From Candidatus Heimdallarchaeota archaeon (GTDB taxonomy: Archaea > Asgardarchaeota > Heimdallarchaeia > Heimdallarchaeales > Heimdallarchaeaceae): a DNA stretch of 29,820 nucleotides. Location of the stretch: NCBI GenBank assembly GCA_018238545.1, contig JABCTC010000040.1:1-29820 (forward strand), read 5' to 3'. The notes beneath the pieces are model-generated. The model was given only the letters and a program-made list of their open reading frames with translations. It did not search any database and was not told the DNA's origin. Made by a program: the position numbers and the translations under genes. Position 1 is the first letter of the stretch. Each line of letters starts with the position of its first letter. Below, piece after piece: positions 18,977 through 26,467 of this stretch.

Positions 18977-19003
18977 ATTTTCTTTTTTTTATCTTTTCTT
19001 TCA
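18977..19003 (+). terminator. Oligo-T terminator
   Basis: T-rich run (ttttctttttttt...) immediately after the stop codon. Confidence 0.5.
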
Positions 19004-19109
19004 TTAATACCAAATAAAATATTGCATGAATTATCCACTTAAGTAAGCTTACCTCTTCTCTATCAAAACAAGTTTTATATTATTTCTTCCTCTGTTGAAT
19101 CTGGTATAG

Positions 19110-19916
19110 ATGAAAGATTCAAGTCTTATTGCAGATAATATTATTGCGGATGGTTCTGATTTATTCATAGTTTTGGACCAAAGAAAGAAATGGCTCGCAA
19201 AAGCGATTTCTGGAAAACAGTTCCATTGTCATAAAGGATTTATTAACTATGATGAGATAATTGGAAAACCGTATGGTTTGCGCGTTACTACGAGCAAATC
19301 AGCAACTCTTTCCATTTACAAACCCTTGCCCAGCGATTATTTGGCAAAAATACCTCATAGTTCCCAAATCATCTATTCTAAGGATGCTGGGATGATATTG
19401 ATGAATACTGGAATAGTTCCTGGCTCTAAGGTTATTGAGACGGGAACAGGTAGTGGGGCTTTAACCTCGATTTTAGCCAATTATGTTAGAACTGATGGAC
19501 ATGTTTTCACATATGAAATAAGAGAAGAAGCATATAACACCGCGTCCAAAAATATTGCGCGATTAGGGTTTGAATCTTACGTAACAATAAAGAATCAAGA
19601 TGCTTCTCTGGGATTCGATGAAACTAATGTTGATGCAGTTGTACTAGACTTGGGTGATCCATGTGAAATCATTGCCCATGCTTACACCTCACTCAAGTAC
19701 AGTGGAATTATCGCAGTTTTTCTCCCAACATATAACCAAGTGGAGAAAGTTTATACCAAGTTACGGGAATGTCATTTTGGAGAAATAACTGCTCTTGAAC
19801 TAATTGAAAGAGAAATGCAATTGAAAGTCAATGCAATAAGACCAAATACAAGAATGATAGGTCATACAGGATTTTTGATTTTTGCGAGAAAATTATTTTA
19901 CGAGGAAGAAGAATGA
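19110..19916 (+). CDS. trmI: tRNA (adenine-57/58-N1)-methyltransferase
   Basis: QIIYSKD, ETGTGSGALT, YEIRE, LDLGDP, RP...MIGHTGF. Confidence 0.95.
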   Translation: MKDSSLIADNIIADGSDLFIVLDQRKKWLAKAISGKQFHCHKGFINYDEIIGKPYGLRVTTSKSATLSIYKPLPSDYLAKIPHSSQIIYSKDAGMILMNTGIVPGSKVIETGTGSGALTSILANYVRTDGHVFTYEIREEAYNTASKNIARLGFESYVTIKNQDASLGFDETNVDAVVLDLGDPCEIIAHAYTSLKYSGIIAVFLPTYNQVEKVYTKLRECHFGEITALELIEREMQLKVNAIRPNTRMIGHTGFLIFARKLFYEEEE

Positions 19917-20383
19917 CAATCATTTTCCGCTGTAATAACTGTGAAACAATTAATGATATTCCAAACAATCATCAGTATAAACTATGTAAAAAATGTACTA
20001 AAATAATTACTTTTGAACCAGGAGAGTCTATTATAGTAAGTGATTCAGAAGCTGAGAGTAGTGTGTTTTTGCAAAGCGGAAAGTTATCTGCTTCCGAAGC
20101 TGAAAAATTCTTCAATATTGCAGACACCCATATTCAACAGATTTCAGCGTTAATAATGGCTCATGGGAAGAAATCAGGGGTCCTACTTAACATTCAGACA
20201 AAAGCTTTACCCGATACTATTCTGTCTATTTTACGACAAAGCACAACAAAAACTCTAGACGAGCTAATTCTGAATTGTAAAATGTTCGAAATTCCTCTAT
20301 CTAAAATCGAACAGATATTAATCCAACTAAAAAAAGAAGGTTTTGTGTATCAACCAAAAAGCTGGTTGATATTATTAACTTGA
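19913..20383 (+). CDS. Zn-ribbon + C-terminal winged-helix hypothetical protein
   Basis: CNNC...CKKC and IEQILIQLKKEGFVYQPK. ATGA overlap with trmI. Confidence 0.65.
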   Translation: MTIIFRCNNCETINDIPNNHQYKLCKKCTKIITFEPGESIIVSDSEAESSVFLQSGKLSASEAEKFFNIADTHIQQISALIMAHGKKSGVLLNIQTKALPDTILSILRQSTTKTLDELILNCKMFEIPLSKIEQILIQLKKEGFVYQPKSWLILLT

Positions 20384-20386
20384 ATT

Positions 20387-21034
20387 TTACTTATATTTTC
20401 TTTTGGCTAATTTTTCTTTTAACCAACCATAAAAGATTAACCCAACAAGTGCCAATACGATAATCATAAATGTTATCCCAATTCCTATGATTGTTCCAGT
20501 AGGACTACTACCAAGATCTATAACCGACACGGTAATGTTTTCTGCAGCGGTAAAATCAATTGATGCTGCACCAAAATCGCTAGATGAATCATATACGTCT
20601 TCAGCCTTGAAGATGATTGAAAGATTATATTTTGCTTCAATATTTACAACCTCAGCTACTATTGTTCCGGTAAATGTATCACCAGATTCAAGTGTTCTAT
20701 GATTTTGATCAAAGTTAATTGTATAATTATAATCAAATCGTTCGTTTCCATCCATGTGCTTGAAATAGGCAGTTAGAGAAATTACATCAAGAGATAAATC
20801 ACCAAAATTTGCTAATGTTGCAAAAACATTTACTTTTTCTCCTCTTACAAGATTTTCTTTTGATATTCCTCCATCAAAGGCTTGAATATATCCACTTTGT
20901 TCAATTACAGAACTATTTTGAATATTGTAATCTATTTCTGCTTTAGTTGTGTTTGCAGATGTAACTAAAGTTAACATCACTAATATTGCTAGAAAACTTA
21001 TTCTTCTAACTGATTTTTTTTGCATTGCAGTCAT
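20387..21034 (-). CDS. Type I membrane protein with Ig-like (CARDB/TRAP-beta-like) ectodomain
   Basis: Signal peptide, GEKVNVFATLANFG, TLESGDT, C-terminal TM and basic tail. Confidence 0.7.
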   Translation of the reverse strand: MTAMQKKSVRRISFLAILVMLTLVTSANTTKAEIDYNIQNSSVIEQSGYIQAFDGGISKENLVRGEKVNVFATLANFGDLSLDVISLTAYFKHMDGNERFDYNYTINFDQNHRTLESGDTFTGTIVAEVVNIEAKYNLSIIFKAEDVYDSSSDFGAASIDFTAAENITVSVIDLGSSPTGTIIGIGITFMIIVLALVGLIFYGWLKEKLAKRKYK

Positions 21035-21666
21035 CCTTCTTTGGTTAACATTAGAGATAACTCTCTTTTTATCTTTCCTAATGCTCTATCTATCCTTTTT
21101 TCGTAAGTGTTATTTATACTTATTTTTCTGTCAGAAGTTTCAACAATTAGTCCTCCCATACAGTCAATGAATTCGTTGGACAGAGTTATCTTTGATTTAA
21201 CGTTATTCTCTTTCTCAGCTTTATCTGCAGCAATCGAAAGAAATTGGTTTGAGAATATTTTCTGATCTTGTTTTCTACAATGAACAATGATTCCTGGTTC
21301 ACTAAGAGTTAAAATTGCTACTGCCAAGAGATTTTCTAAGCTTTTTTCATACTCTTTAGTATTTGACATTGTTTTGATTTTTTCTGTTGCTTTTGTAATG
21401 AATTCATCAACTAATTCATCACGAAACTTTGTTAGTTTTAACCTTAAATCTAATTCTTGCTTAGCTTTTTCTTTTGAAAACACAGCTTCAGCTTTAGTTT
21501 TAGCCGCTTCTATAATCTCACCTTTTTTTTGCTGAATTTTGGTTTCAGTATCTTTGTCAATCTCAAGTATCTCTTTCTGCTGACTTGACACGATATCTTT
21601 GATTAACTTATTCGTGTTTTCACGAATTTTGTTTATGATTTCAGGATTGAAATATTCGTCACTCAT
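21031..21666 (-). CDS. atpE: A/V-type ATP synthase subunit E
   Basis: N-terminal coiled coil, then Y...LENLL, IVHCRKQD, IDCMGGLIVETSDRKISINNTYEKR. Confidence 0.85.
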   Translation of the reverse strand: MSDEYFNPEIINKIRENTNKLIKDIVSSQQKEILEIDKDTETKIQQKKGEIIEAAKTKAEAVFSKEKAKQELDLRLKLTKFRDELVDEFITKATEKIKTMSNTKEYEKSLENLLAVAILTLSEPGIIVHCRKQDQKIFSNQFLSIAADKAEKENNVKSKITLSNEFIDCMGGLIVETSDRKISINNTYEKRIDRALGKIKRELSLMLTKEG

Positions 21667-21769
21667 CTCTTAACTCTCCAATTTAAAGAGAATTTGAAAA
21701 AGTCTTGATAAGTTGAATTATAAAAGTATTGGTTTATAATTAAACTAAAATCAATGCCCTATCGTTTCA

Positions 21770-22792
21770 TCATTCGAATAGTGTCTCGTCCTCTGCATAT
21801 CTATAAGCTATTATGAAAAGGATAAAGAAAATACATGCTGATAGTGCAACAACCAGTGTTATCATTCCATCCCATAATCTTGCCACGAAGTTTACTGCAA
21901 TGAATATGGGAACCATTAGTATTCCTCCTCCTCCACTATCTCTTGACATTTTCTTTCTCCATCGTATGAGAACTTCTAGTAAGCTTAAGCCTACAGCTAT
22001 TCCATTAATTATAAACATCGATAAATGAGATGCATCCCACCCTGCTGCAAATATGAAGATAAGCAAGAACCCTCCAAATAAAAGAGTCTTAATAACAAGT
22101 CCAATTCTGCTTTCAGTTGGTTTTGTATAGGATACTTGAGATGCTCCTTCTCGTAAGAGTAAGAAGAAGTTGGTTATTGCCATTGCACATGCTAAGCACA
22201 AAACTACCCCATAGAAGAACTCTGAATAAACTACCCAAAATTCCCAAATGGGTTGGATTACTGTAGAATATTCAACATAGAAAGCTATGGATACCATTAG
22301 GGGAATCGCAGCTAGTAAGAGACCTGGAATAACAATCAAAATAGCTGGAACATTCTTTTTAACTCCAAATGCATATAATAGTAATTTAGCAGCAAAAAAT
22401 GCTCCAAACACAGCAATAATAGGAGATCCGAAAGGTAGAATGAAGAAGAACAAACAAAATATGGCATTTACCATATAGAATAGTTTTGTGTCGATTCTAA
22501 CTTTTCCAAGAGCTCTCCACATTAGTTCATATGAATTTGCAATTCTATCTCTTTTAACAATAGAAGCTAAAGTGAAAGGCAGTGCAAAAATGAGCGGTGC
22601 AATAATTTTCAAGATGATAAAATCACCACTTCCTGAGGAGAAATAATTGCTATCTGACCAAAAAATGAAAGAATCTAAAGACATGTCTCTCATTGGGCCT
22701 AAAAACGCCCATAAGTAGAAGAAAGTTGGAAAAATAAAGATTTGAAGTAAGACAATGAGTCTATTGACCATCATTCCTCTCATATTTACCAT
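21770..22792 (-). CDS. Multi-pass membrane protein, unknown function
   Basis: About 9-10 hydrophobic segments; no motif recognised. Confidence 0.75.
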   Translation of the reverse strand: MVNMRGMMVNRLIVLLQIFIFPTFFYLWAFLGPMRDMSLDSFIFWSDSNYFSSGSGDFIILKIIAPLIFALPFTLASIVKRDRIANSYELMWRALGKVRIDTKLFYMVNAIFCLFFFILPFGSPIIAVFGAFFAAKLLLYAFGVKKNVPAILIVIPGLLLAAIPLMVSIAFYVEYSTVIQPIWEFWVVYSEFFYGVVLCLACAMAITNFFLLLREGASQVSYTKPTESRIGLVIKTLLFGGFLLIFIFAAGWDASHLSMFIINGIAVGLSLLEVLIRWRKKMSRDSGGGGILMVPIFIAVNFVARLWDGMITLVVALSACIFFILFIIAYRYAEDETLFE

Positions 22793-22847
22793 TTATTAAC
22801 ACCTTGGAAAAAAATAGTAATGGAAATAAAAAAACATTTCCTTTTAG

Positions 22848-23003
22848 ATTCCCAAACGGATCCCAAGCTCGGGTAGCCAATCGGGTTGATTTTTATTCAC
22901 CTTCTAACTTGACGAAGAGCCACAGAGGCATCGCTGCCTCTTTGTTGTGGACCCTTTCCGCCATAGTCTCAGGTGTAGGGTTCCCCTTTTTGACTAAGGG
23001 GTT
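22848..23003 (-). ncRNA. Candidate structured RNA (GNRA-capped helix, possible pseudoknot)
   Basis: GC-rich island with consecutive helices CCCCTT/AAGGGG, ACCCT/AGGGT, CCAC..AGAGGCA-GCGA-TGCCTCT-GTGG, CTTC/GAAG and CCCGA/TTGGG. GNRA loop and G.U pairs favour the minus strand. Confidence 0.55.
22986..22998. repeat. 13-bp direct repeat copy 1 (CTTTTTGACTAAG)
   Basis: Identical to 24017-24029. Confidence 0.85.
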
Positions 23004-23867
23004 CTAAGATTTTGTGGGTTCTTTAATCCCCATTACTTTTTTCCATATTCCGGGGATCAGAAAGACAATGCATGCTATTGTGCTAATTACCGGTGCCATG
23101 ATAAACATTGAGAAGGCCTTCTCTTCTAATTGGAAGGCTAGGATCATGGAATAGATTGCCAAAGGAAAACCACCTACCATACTCACGATTGCCCCTGACA
23201 GACCCATAATTCTCACCCATTCTTTCTTTTTGGCAAGGAAGAGTCCAATTGTGGTAATTCCGAATAAAATGGAAGCAATAAATCCTAAGCGTTGGGTAAG
23301 AATAAACACTCCGGCAACGCCATAATCGGGAGAATATTGGACCATCCTAGTCGTCGAAGCAATTCCATTAATAAAATTCAGGATGAAAGCCATGCCGGTG
23401 AGCATTCCAAATAGCATTTTTATCCAGGATTCATTTCTCATAGACCTTAGAAGAACGAAATACATCACAAGGTTTGGGAGAAAAATCAGAAACCAGACTG
23501 GTAATACTGCCCCACCTTCCATTGTTGGAATATTGGGCCAGAAGCTAGATTTTATTGAAAAAACTACTCCAATTACAGCAGCTGTATAGCCCCATTTCTT
23601 CTTTTGCAAAAATCCAATACCAGCTAATATCCATAATATTCCTCCTAGAATACCAATATCTGCAAATAAAGGGAAGAAAATTGGTGCTGTAGTTACACAA
23701 GGGTTATCTGCTTCTGCAGCCAAGATAGCTTCGAAGAAGAGGAGTGGAAGCAAATAGTGGAGAACTATTCCCAATGTACCCATGATGAGTGAAATTATTC
23801 CCATCATCATAGTTATTCCTGTTTTACTGTCTTCGGTCATTTTTATTTCTGTATTATTTTCAGTCAT
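23004..23867 (-). CDS. Multi-pass (about 8 TM) membrane protein with internal duplication
   Basis: Two similar halves (IGFLQKKKW / IGLFLAKKKEW). ATG 23867 preferred over GTG 23888. Confidence 0.8.
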   Translation of the reverse strand: MTENNTEIKMTEDSKTGITMMMGIISLIMGTLGIVLHYLLPLLFFEAILAAEADNPCVTTAPIFFPLFADIGILGGILWILAGIGFLQKKKWGYTAAVIGVVFSIKSSFWPNIPTMEGGAVLPVWFLIFLPNLVMYFVLLRSMRNESWIKMLFGMLTGMAFILNFINGIASTTRMVQYSPDYGVAGVFILTQRLGFIASILFGITTIGLFLAKKKEWVRIMGLSGAIVSMVGGFPLAIYSMILAFQLEEKAFSMFIMAPVISTIACIVFLIPGIWKKVMGIKEPTKS

Positions 23868-24016
23868 TTTTTTACCTTCTATAATCACTAAATTTCTAAA
23901 TTATACCTGTTTGAAAAGAACAGATGCTTAAGAAGTGTTAAATTTCTGTGTCTTTAAAAATCTTGCTCAAGAAAATTATAGATCAAATTAATTGGGAACT
24001 GGGGTAGAAGATCACT

Positions 24017-24029
24017 CTTTTTGACTAAG
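24017..24029. repeat. 13-bp direct repeat copy 2 (CTTTTTGACTAAG)
   Basis: Identical to 22986-22998; lies inside the GGGAACT(23994-24000)/AGTTCCC(24028-24034) inverted repeat, overlapping its right arm by 2 bp. Confidence 0.85.
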
Positions 24030-24102
24030 TTCCCCTACAAATTTGTGGGCGTCACTGAACTAAACTTTATTAAATCTTATTTATTAATATTCAATGAGGT
24101 TT

Positions 24103-25368
24103 ATGACAGGAAATCCGGCTTCTCTGGAAGACATATTAAAAAAATATGGTCTCCAAATTCACGACTTAGAATACATCTTAAACTTCATGCAAAAAGAGAG
24201 TATTTCTCCTCAATTAGCAATGCGCAGAATTAAACTATTTGAGAAATTACAAGAAAAAATGTCTAAAACTCAATCTGATGACAAAGTAAAAGAACTTACA
24301 TCAGAACTTGATCACTTGTCAAAACTGGTAGAAGAGCTTCAAACTGAAAAAACAGAATTAGATAAAGAAATTGAGGATACAAGATTAGAACAGGATCTTT
24401 TCAACGCTGAAAGAGAAGAATTGAAGATACAAATGCATGCTCTGATGGGTTCTATCGAAACTATTGAATCAGAAGCTGTAGAAGAAGAAGGAAAACTAGA
24501 CGAGGAAAATAAGAGCCTAAAAAAGAAAATTAGTGTAATGACTGCCGGATGTCAAACTGTAAAAGATAGGATTCTTGAGATTGCGTCAGAGAATTCTTCA
24601 CTTCACACATTAGCTCAAGGTCTGGAAAAGAGTCTAGACATTATAATAGAAGGAAATCAAATTCCAAATGAGTTAGGTATTTCAGTTCCAAAAGAAATGA
24701 TTGCTAAATCTCCCATTAAAAGAAGTGAACCTAAAACTGCATCAACTCCAAGCTCAGTTTCTGTAACTGAAACAATATCACCTGATCAAGTGAATTTTGC
24801 TGCAAAATCTCCTGTCTCTGAATCAATGCCTTCATCTCCGTCTGCTGCATCAACTCCAGCAACAACTGCTCCTGTTTCAGAACCAATTTCTCAATCTTCT
24901 ACCGAACCCAAAGAAAGTTCTAGTTCTGTGTTAAGAAAACCTGTTATAAAAGAAAAGTTATTTGCGGAACCTGAAGATATTAAAAAACCTGTATCAACTC
25001 CTTCAAAAGAATCTAAGCCGGCTCCTCAACCAGAACCAAAGCCAGAATCTGAACCTAAATCCAGACCAATTGAGGAAGACAAACCCAAGAAGATTTCAGT
25101 AAGTTCCAAACCTGTACCAGAAGGAAACCAAGTACCTGCTAAAATAGAAAAAATATTACGTCTTTTCATTTCTTATGCAGAACAAGCAGATACGGATGAG
25201 AACTGGAAAGCAAGAATTTCAGCAATCTGTGATATGGATGAAGCTTATATTGAGCTAGGTGGTTTGGCTATGTCTCAGATATACTCTTATCAAACTCAAA
25301 CTCTAAAGAAGAGGAAAGAATTCCAAAGATTGCTTAATTCATGGATTGAAAACGGGATACCTCGATAA
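24103..25368 (+). CDS. Coiled-coil + Pro/Ser/Glu/Lys-rich disordered linker + helical C-terminal domain protein
   Basis: Heptad-rich residues about 45-180, low-complexity about 200-345. GAGGT precedes ATG 24103. Confidence 0.8.
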   Translation: MTGNPASLEDILKKYGLQIHDLEYILNFMQKESISPQLAMRRIKLFEKLQEKMSKTQSDDKVKELTSELDHLSKLVEELQTEKTELDKEIEDTRLEQDLFNAEREELKIQMHALMGSIETIESEAVEEEGKLDEENKSLKKKISVMTAGCQTVKDRILEIASENSSLHTLAQGLEKSLDIIIEGNQIPNELGISVPKEMIAKSPIKRSEPKTASTPSSVSVTETISPDQVNFAAKSPVSESMPSSPSAASTPATTAPVSEPISQSSTEPKESSSSVLRKPVIKEKLFAEPEDIKKPVSTPSKESKPAPQPEPKPESEPKSRPIEEDKPKKISVSSKPVPEGNQVPAKIEKILRLFISYAEQADTDENWKARISAICDMDEAYIELGGLAMSQIYSYQTQTLKKRKEFQRLLNSWIENGIPR

Positions 25369-25468
25369 AGCTAATCCCCTTTAACTTTTATACTTCTATT
25401 ATTTTCTAATTCATTTGTAAGGTTTAGCAAAAATTAAAAAAGGTTAGAAAGATTTCGAATTAGTATAT

Positions 25469-25564
25469 GGGCCAGTAGTCTAGTCCGGATAAGGCACCAG
25501 CCTTCGGAAGAAATGTTCTGAAGACAGCTGGGGGTCGCAGGTTCAAGTCCTGCCTGGTCCGCCA
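25469..25564 (+). tRNA. tRNA-Arg(TCG) with 18-nt canonical 37/38 intron (25508-25525), CCA encoded
   Basis: Acceptor GGGCCAG/CTGGTCC+G+CCA, anticodon stem CCAGC/GCTGG, anticodon TCG at 25504-25506, T arm GCAGG-TTCAAGT-CCTGC. Strict BHB: CTTC/GAAG helix, GGA and ACA bulges, AGAA/TTCT outer helix. Confidence 0.96.
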
Positions 25565-25623
25565 CTTTCTATGGTTATAAGTAAGACAAAACCTTATTAA
25601 AAAAATTTTAACTATAAATATTA

Positions 25624-26361
25624 ATGAAAACAGGTGTTAAATTTTTTAAGTCCACCACATTTCAAGTGGTTGCTATTCTTTGCATTTTGAATATGATTTT
25701 AACTTCGGTAGTTACAGGAAACCAAAATCTAAATCTTAAATCTGGAAATATGATTGAATATGCCATACTAGATTCAAGTGAAACCACAAATCTCTTCTAT
25801 GGTGCTTGGCCCCCTGGTAATTACTATGGTAATTGGTCTGTCTGTCAAAACGAGAAGATTGTTTATGAGATTACCAATGATACTGAAGATGAAATGGAAG
25901 GGGTTCTAGTTTTAGGTAATTACACTTTCAACAATATACGTAATATTGATGTAGCAAGCGCTTTGGCACTTAGTGTCTATCCTTGGAACGGAGGTTTCTT
26001 TGCAAATACTTCAGATTGGACAGGCATAACAGAAATGATTGAAAATACGAATACTTCTATGACTCTAATAGAAGATTATAATCAAACCATCAATGATGAT
26101 GATTACGCGCTTGATATCTATGAATTCAATGTAGAGGACTATTATGGACAATATTCTCTGTTTCGTTACGATGTTGAAAGTGGGATATTGTTAAACGCAT
26201 TCACATCTTTTGGGGCTTACTATCTCAATATTTCCTTGTCCTCAACAAATATTGACATACAAGGAATGATAACAAACGCAATAACATATTATTTCTTACC
26301 AGCTGTTGTGTCATTCATATTCATTGGGTATTTTCTTCAAAAAAGATTGCGAAAAATGTGA
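25624..26361 (+). CDS. Secreted C-terminally anchored protein
   Basis: Signal peptide, Asn/Tyr-rich ectodomain with sequons, YDVESGILL, C-terminal TM + KRLRKM. Confidence 0.75.
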   Translation: MKTGVKFFKSTTFQVVAILCILNMILTSVVTGNQNLNLKSGNMIEYAILDSSETTNLFYGAWPPGNYYGNWSVCQNEKIVYEITNDTEDEMEGVLVLGNYTFNNIRNIDVASALALSVYPWNGGFFANTSDWTGITEMIENTNTSMTLIEDYNQTINDDDYALDIYEFNVEDYYGQYSLFRYDVESGILLNAFTSFGAYYLNISLSSTNIDIQGMITNAITYYFLPAVVSFIFIGYFLQKRLRKM

Positions 26362-26467
26362 TAAATCCGAGTATTAAGATAATTTTTCTTGTTGAAAATA
26401 TGTGAAAGTTAATGAACTAGCCACAAGAAATATTAAACCTAACCGAATATAAAGAAATGAGTAACAT

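Noticed and set aside
22850-22890. Twister ribozyme-like GGATCCCAAGCTCGG on the + strand
   Set aside because: P4 pairing is poor, and the upstream cleavage-site motif and P1/P2 are absent.
22848-23003. Assignment as c-di-AMP, TPP, glycine or Moco riboswitch, hammerhead, or group I intron
   Set aside because: Only isolated words match (GGGGAACC, GGTGAAT, CTGAGA, CTCAGG, GAGACTA); the order and required helices do not fit any family.
22978-23003. CRISPR type I-E-like hairpin GTTCCCC...GGGG
   Set aside because: Single copy, no spacers and no cas genes.
22804-23007. 67-aa + strand ORF
   Set aside because: TTG start, no recognisable protein features, and it overlaps the structured island antisense; likely spurious.
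24014-24033. Resemblance of CTTTTTGACTAAGTT to the lambda att core
   Set aside because: The spacing is 2 bp shorter and no integrase is present; treated as coincidence.
25565-26361. Integrated element at the tRNA-Arg 3' end
   Set aside because: No integrase and no duplicated tRNA 3' end seen in the window.
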